A stretch of 64,000 nt of DNA from a virus (Duplodnaviria > Caudoviricetes), in the IMG/VR virus record IMGVR_UViG_3300028591_002825, positions 321-64,320 of that record. One strand, 5' to 3'. The notes under the pieces were generated by a model. It saw only the letters and a program-made list of their open reading frames with translations. It had not been told where the DNA came from and ran no database searches. A program made the translations under genes and the position numbers. This document shows, in pieces, positions 44,318-53,458 of this stretch (within the stretch, counting starts at the first letter, position 1; each line of letters begins with the position of its first letter).

Positions 44318-45349
44318 TCAATCTTTTTTTATAAAATCGTCAACTAATTTTTCTACCTGCATCAATACTTCTTCGTTTTCCTCTAAAAACTCTCTTACTG
44401 CCACCTGACCATGTATTCTTCCTTGAATAATCTCGCCAGTCTCAGGGTCTACTATATCAAACCAAGCACCAGATTTTTTGATTACATCTATTCTTATAGC
44501 TACATCTATTAAATCTTTCAGATAATCTATTCCATCTTCATAATTCAGCGAATAGAATCCTGTTCTCCTACTTGGCGGACAAGTCTTATTTTTCACCATT
44601 GACATAAGAACAATATTACCCGCTGGTGCATCTGCTGATTTATTTAACTCATTTCCTTTTTCATCTAAATATTTTCCACGGCTAAATTGCATACGAACAG
44701 AACAACCGTGTCTCCACGCTTTTCCACCAGGAGTAGATATTCCACCACACATACTTGCAAGATTATCTCTAATCTGATTAATGCCAATACCAGTACAATT
44801 ATGGCGCTTCATCAGCATTTCAATCTTTTTGGAGAATCTTGTCAACGGCAATGATATGCCGCCATATACTTTATCTTCATATGTTTTCTTTTCATCCATC
44901 TCTAATGAGGATACAAGAACACCAATGCTATCAAGTACCCATAACCCTACTTCTCCGGTGTCTACAGCATCCTCTATTATCTGAAATATATCTTCTGCTG
45001 ATTGAGCTTTAGGTTGAAGTAAATACAAATTGTCTACATCTACACCCAATTTTGTTGCCCACTCTGCATCTAATGTGTTCTCGGCATCAACATAGAGTAC
45101 GCTTCTCCCATCATCAGATTTCTGATAATTGGCAACAATATCTAATGCAGTAGTTGTTTTACCGCCATGCTCTTCTCCAAAGAACTCTGTAATCTTACCT
45201 ACTGGTATACCGCCATACGTACAGTAATTCATTCTTGGAGAAGTAAATGGTATACGCTTATAATCATATTCTGACAAACCGTGAGTAATTATCTCTTCGC
45301 CAAATTTTTTATTGGTCTGTTTTATTATTTCATCAAGTCTTTGTCCCAT
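44318..45349 (-). CDS. recA: RecA-like recombinase
   Basis: GEEHGGKTTTAL, YVDAENTLD, LDSIG, INQIR, TPGGKA. Confidence 0.92.
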   Translation of the reverse strand: MGQRLDEIIKQTNKKFGEEIITHGLSEYDYKRIPFTSPRMNYCTYGGIPVGKITEFFGEEHGGKTTTALDIVANYQKSDDGRSVLYVDAENTLDAEWATKLGVDVDNLYLLQPKAQSAEDIFQIIEDAVDTGEVGLWVLDSIGVLVSSLEMDEKKTYEDKVYGGISLPLTRFSKKIEMLMKRHNCTGIGINQIRDNLASMCGGISTPGGKAWRHGCSVRMQFSRGKYLDEKGNELNKSADAPAGNIVLMSMVKNKTCPPSRRTGFYSLNYEDGIDYLKDLIDVAIRIDVIKKSGAWFDIVDPETGEIIQGRIHGQVAVREFLEENEEVLMQVEKLVDDFIKKD

Positions 45350-45596
45350 CTACAGCCTCTTCATTTAGTAAAATACTAATTACTTGTTCTGCTCTGTTTC
45401 TGCCAATTCCTTTTACAGACAATAAAACTTCCATTAATCTTTCTTCGGTCACTATTGCACAATCATCAAATTCTGATTCTCCTTCTTTGAATCCATCTGA
45501 GTACATTGCTTTACATAGACCTACTAACCAACGATTAAATTCATTGAGCGACATTTTTTGAATCCGCTTTAATTCGGCAAAAGATAGTGGTTTCAT
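45333..45596 (-). CDS. Small protein with helix-hairpin-helix motif
   Basis: LLSVKGIGRNRAEQV. Confidence 0.55.
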   Translation of the reverse strand: MKPLSFAELKRIQKMSLNEFNRWLVGLCKAMYSDGFKEGESEFDDCAIVTEERLMEVLLSVKGIGRNRAEQVISILLNEEAVDGTKT

Positions 45597-46255
45597 TCAT
45601 CTATAATCTCCGCAACATAAGGCAATCTTCTAAGAATCTCTACGAACCCCCGCCACTCATCAAGTTTGTGGCCAGTACGCTCACGAATAATCTTAAACAC
45701 TGTCTCATAGGACATACATACTGTTCTTTTCTGATTATAAGAAGATGGAAGAAGCTGAATCATCTGCCACCAATCGGTTTTATTCTTCGTCTGCAAATAT
45801 GAGTTTCGACATGCGTTTAGACAATCAATAACGACTTTCAGCACCATATAAGGCTTATGCATTTCTCCATCTTCATCAAATCTTGCAACCGTTTCTAAAT
45901 GTTCTGTTGAAAAATCCTCTACTGCAAACTCTTTAGCATGAATCTTATGCATAGTGCTACAGGACACTTGTGACTTACCTACAGTGTATCTATCCATTTC
46001 TTTCCACCAATAAAGTGGCGCTGTAATATCCATAGATACTTGAATCATTCTTGCATATGTTCTATGTTCTGTACCTGACTTATATAATCTTTTCATAAGG
46101 TCTAAATCATTTTTACCCAAGATAAAATCTCGTGTACCGTTATCATAATCGTTAAAAAATTTACTGTCACTCTTGTTCCAACTGTTCATGGGATTTCTCA
46201 TACCCCTAATTGCATGTTCAAATCCCCATACATCTACATTTTCTACTTTAATCAT
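45593..46255 (-). CDS. ThyX-like (flavin-dependent thymidylate synthase-like) protein
   Basis: G.EH.TY.R, APLYWWKE.DRY, SCSTMH, LLPSS..Q.R, RTGHKL.EW. Confidence 0.65.
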   Translation of the reverse strand: MIKVENVDVWGFEHAIRGMRNPMNSWNKSDSKFFNDYDNGTRDFILGKNDLDLMKRLYKSGTEHRTYARMIQVSMDITAPLYWWKEMDRYTVGKSQVSCSTMHKIHAKEFAVEDFSTEHLETVARFDEDGEMHKPYMVLKVVIDCLNACRNSYLQTKNKTDWWQMIQLLPSSYNQKRTVCMSYETVFKIIRERTGHKLDEWRGFVEILRRLPYVAEIIDE

Positions 46256-46467
46256 TCATCTACCCCTTTCGTAAGCGCATCAAGTGGTCTTCCCAATGCT
46301 TTTGCTATAGTATACGCTGTGTGTAGCGACGGACCATTACGTGCACATAACATTCCACTAATTGTAGCAACACTTATTCCAGACCGTTCGCTTAATTCTT
46401 TTTGAGACCACCCATTTTCTACTAAGGCAATCCTTACATTTTTTGCAAACGCTTCAATTACTGTCAT
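46252..46467 (-). CDS. XRE-family HTH regulator
   Basis: WSQKELSERSGISVATIS...PSL..A..IAKALG. Confidence 0.85.
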   Translation of the reverse strand: MTVIEAFAKNVRIALVENGWSQKELSERSGISVATISGMLCARNGPSLHTAYTIAKALGRPLDALTKGVDE

Positions 46468-46805
46468 TCTACTTCTCCATTATGAATTCTTTCCCACTTT
46501 GCATCACATAATCCGAATTTCTCTCTTTCACAAAGAAAAGCTACATTACAAGCTAAGTGCCAAAGATGAGGAAGCCCGCTCTCATCATCTAAACCGTCTG
46601 GGTCATCGAGATAATGTATAAAGTGTCTGTATGCGGCATTACGAATCCTGTCTACATCAAGATTCTTCCAACCATGTTCCCCTGTCTCAGGATATTTAAG
46701 CATACCATACATTCTGACATGAGCTATGTCCCAAAGCATTTCTCTTGGAACAAGAGTAAGAACAGGTTTCCCATCGTCATTTTTGTGTATATCACTCATC
46801 CGCAA
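46464..46805 (-). CDS. dATP/dGTP diphosphohydrolase-like protein (DUF5664-like)
   Basis: K..LTLVP, YG..KY...GW, AAYRH..Y....D.ESGLPHL.H.ACNV.FL. Confidence 0.8.
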   Translation of the reverse strand: MRMSDIHKNDDGKPVLTLVPREMLWDIAHVRMYGMLKYPETGEHGWKNLDVDRIRNAAYRHFIHYLDDPDGLDDESGLPHLWHLACNVAFLCEREKFGLCDAKWERIHNGEVE

Positions 46806-47082
46806 TCTCCTTTAACTTTTCTTTATATGCCTTACTACGCTTCATGGAATCAGCAACCATTTCTGCGGCAAGGCGAATAATTTCATCTTTATACTCGGCA
46901 AATACATTTTTTACAATACTTTCTGTAGTGTCGTTAAACCCTCTAATTGCACCGTTCCATGTATTAATAGCAAAAATCTGATTTCGTAAATCTTCTGCAA
47001 TCTCTTTTACTGCCGCACTCTCAACACGCTTTTTAATAGCATCATCATCAATAGTTACTCCAAACTGAATAATATGCTCCAT
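46792..47082 (-). CDS. Hypothetical protein
   Basis: 96 aa, coupled. Confidence 0.6.
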   Translation of the reverse strand: MEHIIQFGVTIDDDAIKKRVESAAVKEIAEDLRNQIFAINTWNGAIRGFNDTTESIVKNVFAEYKDEIIRLAAEMVADSMKRSKAYKEKLKEIADE

Positions 47083-47312
47083 TAATCTTCTCCTTCACTA
47101 TCTGTAAGAATTGCACGACCAATATACTCGATAGCGTTTTCAGATTCCAATACAAAAATATAAGCAATCCCTTTTTCTGGAATCGGTACAGCTACCATAT
47201 ACTTAATATCGTCTTCAAGAGCTTTCACTTTTGTGATAATACCAAGACTACCACACCACTTATGATTCTCGTTAAACTGGACAACATCATGCTTCTGAAA
47301 CTCTTGCACCAT
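47082..47312 (-). CDS. Hypothetical protein
   Basis: 76 aa, coupled. Confidence 0.6.
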   Translation of the reverse strand: MVQEFQKHDVVQFNENHKWCGSLGIITKVKALEDDIKYMVAVPIPEKGIAYIFVLESENAIEYIGRAILTDSEGED

Positions 47313-47617
47313 TACTCTTTCTCCTTTCTTGTGTACACTACATGCTCATAAACATCTTCAATTTTTTGCACAGCGTCTCCATGACAAGTATAATACGCAA
47401 CCATTTCATTATGGAATTTTTGAGCTTCTTCTTTTGTGTCTCTCCACCCAAGAATAATCCAATCTCCGGCATGAAATTTCTTATGTGCGATAGCAGTTTC
47501 ATACGGCTGTGCTCTGTCTGTAACTAATGCAGTATCAATAGTAAATAAATCGGTTTCAAATCTATCGACTTTTCTTTCAGAGTAATTTCCTATCATACTC
47601 AAAACATCAAACATCAT
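47312..47617 (-). CDS. Hypothetical protein
   Basis: 101 aa, coupled. Confidence 0.6.
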   Translation of the reverse strand: MMFDVLSMIGNYSERKVDRFETDLFTIDTALVTDRAQPYETAIAHKKFHAGDWIILGWRDTKEEAQKFHNEMVAYYTCHGDAVQKIEDVYEHVVYTRKEKE

Positions 47618-48132
47618 TTACCTTCAATTCTGGTCAACTCTGCTTCTTGTATACGTCTGCTAAGTACCTTTTTTACACTTGCCAAAAGTTCCTGAGCGTT
47701 TTCTACCTTTGACTTCATTATTTTGTAAGCTCTGTTATAGGCGGCAGATACTATAAACTCTTCCTGACTTGCCAACTCTGCAAGAGAATCTTTATCTGCT
47801 ACTGTACCTGTATCTTGACTTGCTCTGGCAGTATGGTACATTTCCTTATAAACTGCCTTTGATATATCATCACGAATACCAAGATATTCGCATGTACCGC
47901 CTGCAAAGTAAATGTATGTAGATAGATTCATGCAAAAATCATCCAACTCTTCGTTTGTCGGCGGATTCTCTCCGTCTTTCAAGCACTCTTTTATAAACCC
48001 AACGTACTTATCAAGGTCACGACAGTATGGGGCGATAATATCATTTACAATAGTATCTAATGCTCCTGCGTTACTCTCTATATTTTCTTGAATTTTAGTA
48101 AGAGAATCTTCATCGGTTATATTGAATTTCAT
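47614..48132 (-). CDS. Hypothetical helical protein
   Basis: 172 aa, coupled. Confidence 0.65.
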   Translation of the reverse strand: MKFNITDEDSLTKIQENIESNAGALDTIVNDIIAPYCRDLDKYVGFIKECLKDGENPPTNEELDDFCMNLSTYIYFAGGTCEYLGIRDDISKAVYKEMYHTARASQDTGTVADKDSLAELASQEEFIVSAAYNRAYKIMKSKVENAQELLASVKKVLSRRIQEAELTRIEGK

Positions 48133-48386
48133 TATAAATCTCCCATTGAACCAAAGTCTTTATACTTAGGATAAAATTTACACCTAAATTCTTTCACTAA
48201 ACAATGGCCGTTCTCTTTTACTTCAAAGGGGCACTCTTTACACATAAACTCTAAATCATCTTTTACTCTTGTGTCTATGCACCAAATTTTTGTAAATATG
48301 TCTAATAACTGAACTGCCATTTTGTTATTAGGCTCTCGATAATTTACATAAACAGGCTCATCAGACTTACATGTTGGACAATTCAT
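48132..48386 (-). CDS. Cys-rich hypothetical protein
   Basis: CPTC and CKECPF motifs. Confidence 0.55.
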   Translation of the reverse strand: MNCPTCKSDEPVYVNYREPNNKMAVQLLDIFTKIWCIDTRVKDDLEFMCKECPFEVKENGHCLVKEFRCKFYPKYKDFGSMGDL

Positions 48387-48843
48387 TCAAAAATTTCTCC
48401 ATGTCATAATCATAAAATACTCTTTTCTTTTTACCAGTTATTTCTACAATAGAAGGATACTCATAGCAAGATTTACAGGACATACTTTTATGCCCAATAC
48501 TTTTATCTTGATTTAGTATCTGAATCGGTATAAAGAATGTTGCATCTTTATCAATATACCAAACGATAATTCCTGCAAACACACCTTTTATCTGCGACTT
48601 TTGAAGTAGGCCATTCCACTGCGTATCTGTTATATTACTAAACGGAAACGCTCCCCGGTTAATGCTTTTACATTCTATATAATATTCATATGGCTCTCTA
48701 TAAACTATAAAATCACAAATATTGGCGCTTGTGCCTTTGAATTTAGTAGTTTGGTCGTGAAGTCTGTCTATAGATACGCCAGGAACTTTTTCAAACGCTT
48801 CCCTCACGACATTTTCAAAATCCTTACCCCTGTTTTGCGCCAT
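48367..48843 (-). CDS. recU: Holliday junction resolvase RecU-like
   Basis: NRGKDFE, CDF..Y....Y.IECKS, Q...L motifs. Confidence 0.8.
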   Translation of the reverse strand: MAQNRGKDFENVVREAFEKVPGVSIDRLHDQTTKFKGTSANICDFIVYREPYEYYIECKSINRGAFPFSNITDTQWNGLLQKSQIKGVFAGIIVWYIDKDATFFIPIQILNQDKSIGHKSMSCKSCYEYPSIVEITGKKKRVFYDYDMEKFLNELSNM

Positions 48844-49015
48844 ACTCTTCTTCTAACTCCAAATAATGGTCCATAATATACAGACAAATATCAGATGTAA
48901 GACCTGTTGTAGACAAATCACACACATTTCTAATTGCCCACATATTTGTTACTCCGCTCTTCTGAATTCTCACATAATCTTTAAACTGTTCTTTTGTAGG
49001 TTTATCTTTATTCAT
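48824..49015 (-). CDS. Small hypothetical protein (DUF5049-like)
   Basis: IQKSGVTNMW motif. Confidence 0.5.
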   Translation of the reverse strand: MNKDKPTKEQFKDYVRIQKSGVTNMWAIRNVCDLSTTGLTSDICLYIMDHYLELEEEYGAKQG

Positions 49016-49016
49016 T

Positions 49017-49358
49017 TCAACCTCCTATAATCTCAATTCCAAACTCTTCTTCAACTTCCTTTTTTGTCATGCGCCTGCGCTTACCTAAAGCGTCTGTGCT
49101 GATTAAATAAACCGGATAATTAACGCCATATAAGTTAGTGATTAACGCCATATTACCATCCAAATATAAAATTTTATACTTCTCATTTTCTGGCGAAACT
49201 TCACCAGATATAGCGTAAGCAAATCTAACAGCCCAACGTATATCAAAATCTTCTCGATGCGATTCTAATTGTTTAATAAACCAGCCCTCATGTAATGGAA
49301 ATTTAGCACCCCAATTATAAACATATACAATATCGCCGACTTTTAATTCACTCATCAC
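49017..49358 (-). CDS. Hypothetical protein, paralog of 39097..39459
   Basis: Shared pattern. Confidence 0.6.
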   Translation of the reverse strand: MMSELKVGDIVYVYNWGAKFPLHEGWFIKQLESHREDFDIRWAVRFAYAISGEVSPENEKYKILYLDGNMALITNLYGVNYPVYLISTDALGKRRRMTKKEVEEEFGIEIIGG

Positions 49359-49570
49359 ACTCTCCTATTCCACAATTCAACTGCTTTTTCTTCTGCATCT
49401 TTACTATGAGATGTAAAACCATAGTCTGAAATCAGAACTTTACCAGTTCTTGCTTCACAGTTTAAACATCTCACATATGCCGCTTTTTCAGTTTTTCCCT
49501 TATAATAGACTCTTGAACTTTTCTCTAAATAAGCATCTCCCCCACAAAATGGGCATTTCTTTAATTCCAT
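49355..49570 (-). CDS. Lar-family restriction alleviation-like protein
   Basis: MELKKCPFCGG...VRCLNCEA...A...WNRR. Confidence 0.8.
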   Translation of the reverse strand: MELKKCPFCGGDAYLEKSSRVYYKGKTEKAAYVRCLNCEARTGKVLISDYGFTSHSKDAEEKAVELWNRRV

Positions 49571-49573
49571 ATC

Positions 49574-50365
49574 TTATCCATCCTTTTTACATGATTCTCT
49601 GTACCCGCAGTACGTACATGATTTACGAGTTACATTTTCTGGTTTCGGTGGTGTAATCTGTCTCTCAACATATCCATCACACTCATGTATATATGTTTCA
49701 AGACTCTGCCGCATTTCATCTGACACATTAAACATAAATGCCTTCATGTCCAATATGTCTCTGCTGATATATACAAACAAAACTTGGTCAATACCGAGCG
49801 CAAGCGAATATGCTATGCCTTGATTATAATGACTTGGGTCAACATCTTTTCTATTCATAAACTTATAACTACTTTCAGTTTTAAGTTCCAGAATATAGTA
49901 TCTACCCTTATATCTAATAATACCGTCACACATGAATGACATATTTAGCTCTTTATGATAGAGCTTTGTCTCCATGCCACTCTTTGACTTAATTTCAAGA
50001 TAATCAAGTCCACGACTTTTTACGAACTCTGCAACATCAATATATTCACAATCAATTCCGTTATCTTTCATCTGCTCTACTGCTGTCTGAACCCTAACAT
50101 GAATGTCAGTACCACTATTGCAAATGCCAACAAGCGTATAATTTGAATGTGATTCATCAGGTTGCACTCCCATTATCTGATAATAGCTTGCACGAATACA
50201 GTTCATACCAGACGGCTTATAAGTCTTACTTGGAATCCCGCTGTCTTTATCAGCAGTAAGCTCTATTGACCGTTTTAGATTCTGTAAAAAATCTTGCTCT
50301 ACTGGTACTTTTTCTTTCGTACTTTCTATGAGCCGAATAACATTGCGCAAACTATTTCGTCCCAC
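49574..50365 (-). CDS. Cas4/RecB-like PD-(D/E)XK exonuclease with Fe-S Cys motifs
   Basis: PSGMNC, G.D.H, CDG, ELKT, Q...Y, CTYCGY...C. Confidence 0.8.
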   Translation of the reverse strand: MGRNSLRNVIRLIESTKEKVPVEQDFLQNLKRSIELTADKDSGIPSKTYKPSGMNCIRASYYQIMGVQPDESHSNYTLVGICNSGTDIHVRVQTAVEQMKDNGIDCEYIDVAEFVKSRGLDYLEIKSKSGMETKLYHKELNMSFMCDGIIRYKGRYYILELKTESSYKFMNRKDVDPSHYNQGIAYSLALGIDQVLFVYISRDILDMKAFMFNVSDEMRQSLETYIHECDGYVERQITPPKPENVTRKSCTYCGYRESCKKDG

Positions 50366-50885
50366 TATGCTTACCTTCTTTCCGTGCTTGTTTAATCTTT
50401 TGAGATATTAACAACTTTGTTTCTTCTGAATGTGTGCGACCATACATAGGATTTTTAGTCCCAGTACGCATTGCACTCATTTTCTTTCTGGTCTCAACTG
50501 ATGCGTGTGTGCCCAAACGACTTTTTCGTATTTTATCAATAGCACTACCATAATTAGTATTATACTTAATAGTACACCACTCTAAATTATCTACACAATC
50601 ATTTCGCTTATTTTCATCTTTATGATTAACTATTGGTAAATTCTCTGGATTTGGAATAAAAGCCTGCGCCACGAGCCTACTACACTTAAACTGTTTGTTT
50701 TTACCATTTCGATAAAGCATAACACTGTTATAATCACAAACATTTCTGGGTTTTAATATACGTTCAACACAAGTATATTTTTTTGCACTTGTACCACACA
50801 CCCTCGCCAAAGATTTAACTCTACCTAAATTACTAATTTGATAGAATCCCTCATATCCAATAATATCTTTCCAAATCTCCTGCAT
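50352..50885 (-). CDS. NUMOD4-HNH homing endonuclease with NUMOD3-like tail
   Basis: EIWKDI.GYEG.YQISNLGRVKS; VNHKDENK.N..VDNLEW; HS.ET. Confidence 0.88.
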   Translation of the reverse strand: MQEIWKDIIGYEGFYQISNLGRVKSLARVCGTSAKKYTCVERILKPRNVCDYNSVMLYRNGKNKQFKCSRLVAQAFIPNPENLPIVNHKDENKRNDCVDNLEWCTIKYNTNYGSAIDKIRKSRLGTHASVETRKKMSAMRTGTKNPMYGRTHSEETKLLISQKIKQARKEGKHSGTK

Positions 50886-50964
50886 TATAATACACCTCCA
50901 CATGTGTATTATAGCATAGTTCTATTAACTATACAAACGTTCTTTAATGACTGTCGTGCCAACT

Positions 50965-51153
50965 TTACTCCTCTCTACGTAAGCATATAAAACCGGGAAT
51001 CAGTATAATGATGCCCGCTATGCACAAAACTCTCCAATCAAAAAGCGGTGAACCCGTGTACTGTTGTGCTTCTAAGTTACTTACTGAAAACCAAAGTAAC
51101 GTACTACCAACTATTAACGAACTCACCGCAATCACTTTTTCTCTCAGCTTCAT
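50965..51153 (-). CDS. Small two-helix membrane protein
   Basis: Two hydrophobic segments. Confidence 0.55.
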   Translation of the reverse strand: MKLREKVIAVSSLIVGSTLLWFSVSNLEAQQYTGSPLFDWRVLCIAGIIILIPGFICLRREE

Positions 51154-51204
51154 AATAAGCTCCTTTCTGCTATTTCTATAGCACTACTTTTTCATTACTC
51201 TAAC

Positions 51205-51233
51205 ATTATATCACACTATTCTCATTTTGTCAA
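51205..51233 (-). promoter_or_regulatory. Sigma-A promoter
   Basis: TTGACA-17bp-TATAAT. Confidence 0.75.
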
Positions 51234-51243
51234 CAAGAATATT

Positions 51244-52329
51244 TTACTCTTCATCTTCCATAAGTGCAATAACAATGGTAATGTTTCCGTCAATGAGTTT
51301 GATTGAACTATCATCACCATAATGAATCTCAATCAAGTCATTTGAAATAGCTTTGACTTCCTGCACAAGCATCTGAATGTCTACAGCACAGGTAAAGTCT
51401 CTCTGATTATCACTTGTCACATAAGGAAGAATCTCGATACCGCTTGACGCTTTAGACGATACCTGCAAGCCTTGATTTGTAAATGTGAGGTCTACTGCGT
51501 TCTTATCATATGTGCCAACGAACAGAGAAAGTCTGTCAAGCATCTGGAGTAAATCATTCTTCGGCACACCACAGTGACTATCAAACTCCTGCTCAATCAG
51601 ATTCGTAATAGGCTCAATAGCGAAGTCATCAATACCATCGACAAACTTACCAACAATCATGCAGTCAGGAGTTTCAAATACCACATCAGTAGCACTGAAC
51701 ATAGCTTTAATCTTCTCAGCACGCATTACAGCAACAAGGTCAAGAAACTCTGAACTTACAAGTTTGGGCGTATCAAACATCGGAATAGCTAAACTTGCAA
51801 TCTTATAGGAATCTGTAGCAACTACTTTATCTCCCATGTAATATGCTGTGTACTGCGGATTCTCCATAGTAACTGCAAGTGCAGGTTTAATAGTTTCAAG
51901 AATAGCAATGATAGTAGAACGATTGAACTCTTTAGGGTCGTGCAAAGCAGTATTGACAAAAATATCAGGAAACTTAACGGGCTCACCATCTTCATCAAGA
52001 GGAAGTTCCATAGTATAATTACCATTGCCCTTGACTTTCATTGTATACAGCTTTTCATCCACTGTCATAGTAATGCTTTCACAAGTCATTTTACTCACCA
52101 GTTTTGCAAACTGATTGGCGTCTACTACAACATAGAAATCATCTCCTGCTACATGCTGTTCTTTGATATACAGATAGTTGGTAGCATCTGTTGTAATGAC
52201 TGTAAGTTCTCCATCTTTAAGCCGAATACACATCATGCTGGTGATAGGAATGAGCTTATTATTACCAGCTCCTTTGATTGCTCTTGCTACTACGTCTTTC
52301 ATTAATTCTGTTTGGATTGTAAATTTCAT
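51244..52329 (-). CDS. dnaN: Sliding clamp, DNA polymerase III beta-like
   Basis: 361 aa; MKFTI, VATDSYKIA, three-domain beta-clamp pattern. Confidence 0.8.
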   Translation of the reverse strand: MKFTIQTELMKDVVARAIKGAGNNKLIPITSMMCIRLKDGELTVITTDATNYLYIKEQHVAGDDFYVVVDANQFAKLVSKMTCESITMTVDEKLYTMKVKGNGNYTMELPLDEDGEPVKFPDIFVNTALHDPKEFNRSTIIAILETIKPALAVTMENPQYTAYYMGDKVVATDSYKIASLAIPMFDTPKLVSSEFLDLVAVMRAEKIKAMFSATDVVFETPDCMIVGKFVDGIDDFAIEPITNLIEQEFDSHCGVPKNDLLQMLDRLSLFVGTYDKNAVDLTFTNQGLQVSSKASSGIEILPYVTSDNQRDFTCAVDIQMLVQEVKAISNDLIEIHYGDDSSIKLIDGNITIVIALMEDEE

Positions 52330-52383
52330 ATTCTTCTCCTTTATATAATATTTAATTTGGTCTACACTTAATCTAAATCCATA

Positions 52384-52602
52384 TTATCTCTCCAATACTC
52401 TATTAGCAGTAGTAGTTCTCCAGTTTTCTGCAAAATAACTTCTATTGCGAATAATATACTGACAGCCATAAGCATCTGTATAAGATTGAGGGTACGTCTT
52501 ATTTATGTGCTTAATGCCAGCTTTCTTCATTCGCTCTCGTGCTACATTTCTGTCAAGCTCTCTGGTATGTACTCTTGTTGGTATTCTGATTACTTTCTGC
52601 AT
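52384..52602 (-). CDS. Small basic hypothetical protein
   Basis: MQKVIRIP start after AAAGGAG. Confidence 0.55.
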   Translation of the reverse strand: MQKVIRIPTRVHTRELDRNVARERMKKAGIKHINKTYPQSYTDAYGCQYIIRNRSYFAENWRTTTANRVLER

Positions 52603-52603
52603 A

Positions 52604-53458
52604 TTAATTCTCCTTTCTATATCTACCACTTATTATTTTTGGTACAGCACATTCCCAATTTATATGATGATGAATACGTTTATGTGTATCTCCCATCTCA
52701 TATACCTTCACAGATGACGGACAAGCCATAACTGTATAAAAACTTTTTATATATGTACCAGAATCTTTATAAGATGCAGTCATACCACCGCTTAATGACT
52801 GTGTACCTAAATGGTCTACAGAAACATCTGCAAGTGTAAAAAATATTTGTCCTCTACTACCGTTTAAAACATATGACGTTACATCTTCATTCATACGACC
52901 ATAATACTGTATTGGTCTATCTACTTTACAAAAAAAGCTATTCATTGCTTTTCTTGCTAACCGTTCCTTAAATACTTTTGAACCAACCCCACCTATAAAA
53001 TCACCAATCTGTGACATAGCAACTGTTGATGCACCAGAACTTTCCAAAAATTCAAGTATCACATCCACAAGTTTATCAAAATCCTTTACATAAAATGTTC
53101 GTAAGCTACCATCTATCTCAACTCGACCCCTAAAATTAGAGTAATCATCATCAAGCTGTAGAAAATATGTATAACCTAATTGTTTAGCTATATCCCAACA
53201 CACATTTCTTGCAAAAACAATAGCCCGTCTATCTTTAGATAAATCCATAGTATCTACTCTTTCAGCTACTTGCGCCTTATTGAATACTATACACTTATCT
53301 TTACCAAAATTTCTATAATAATCGTATACTGTCTCGTCCTCGTCATCTAACACAAATATTACTTTTCCAGTATAGCCAGCCTTTTGTAGAGCTTTATATG
53401 TGTGCATATTATTAGCTCTACCGTGTGTTAATATAAATACGGCAAAATCATCTCTCAT
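52604..53458 (-). CDS. GT-A glycosyltransferase, TAGT/GREB1-like (T2/T6 beta-glucosyl-HMC-alpha-glucosyltransferase type)
   Basis: FILTHGRA, ARN..W, LQLDDDY, NED, TQS..GG motifs. Confidence 0.72.
   Translation of the reverse strand: MRDDFAVFILTHGRANNMHTYKALQKAGYTGKVIFVLDDEDETVYDYYRNFGKDKCIVFNKAQVAERVDTMDLSKDRRAIVFARNVCWDIAKQLGYTYFLQLDDDYSNFRGRVEIDGSLRTFYVKDFDKLVDVILEFLESSGASTVAMSQIGDFIGGVGSKVFKERLARKAMNSFFCKVDRPIQYYGRMNEDVTSYVLNGSRGQIFFTLADVSVDHLGTQSLSGGMTASYKDSGTYIKSFYTVMACPSSVKVYEMGDTHKRIHHHINWECAVPKIISGRYRKEN

Noticed and set aside
46252-46467. Lysogeny switch / prophage
   Set aside because: A single XRE gene inside an operon; no integrase, divergent cI/cro pair or host flanks in the window.
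46464-46805. Z-genome or 7-deazaguanine pathway
   Set aside because: No PurZ, FolE, QueD, QueE/QueC or DpdA genes recognised; the radical SAM carries a SPASM-like tail and lacks QueE context.
49574-50365. Cas4-like gene as part of a CRISPR system
   Set aside because: No other cas genes and no repeat-spacer array seen; solo Cas4-like nucleases are common in phage recombination modules.
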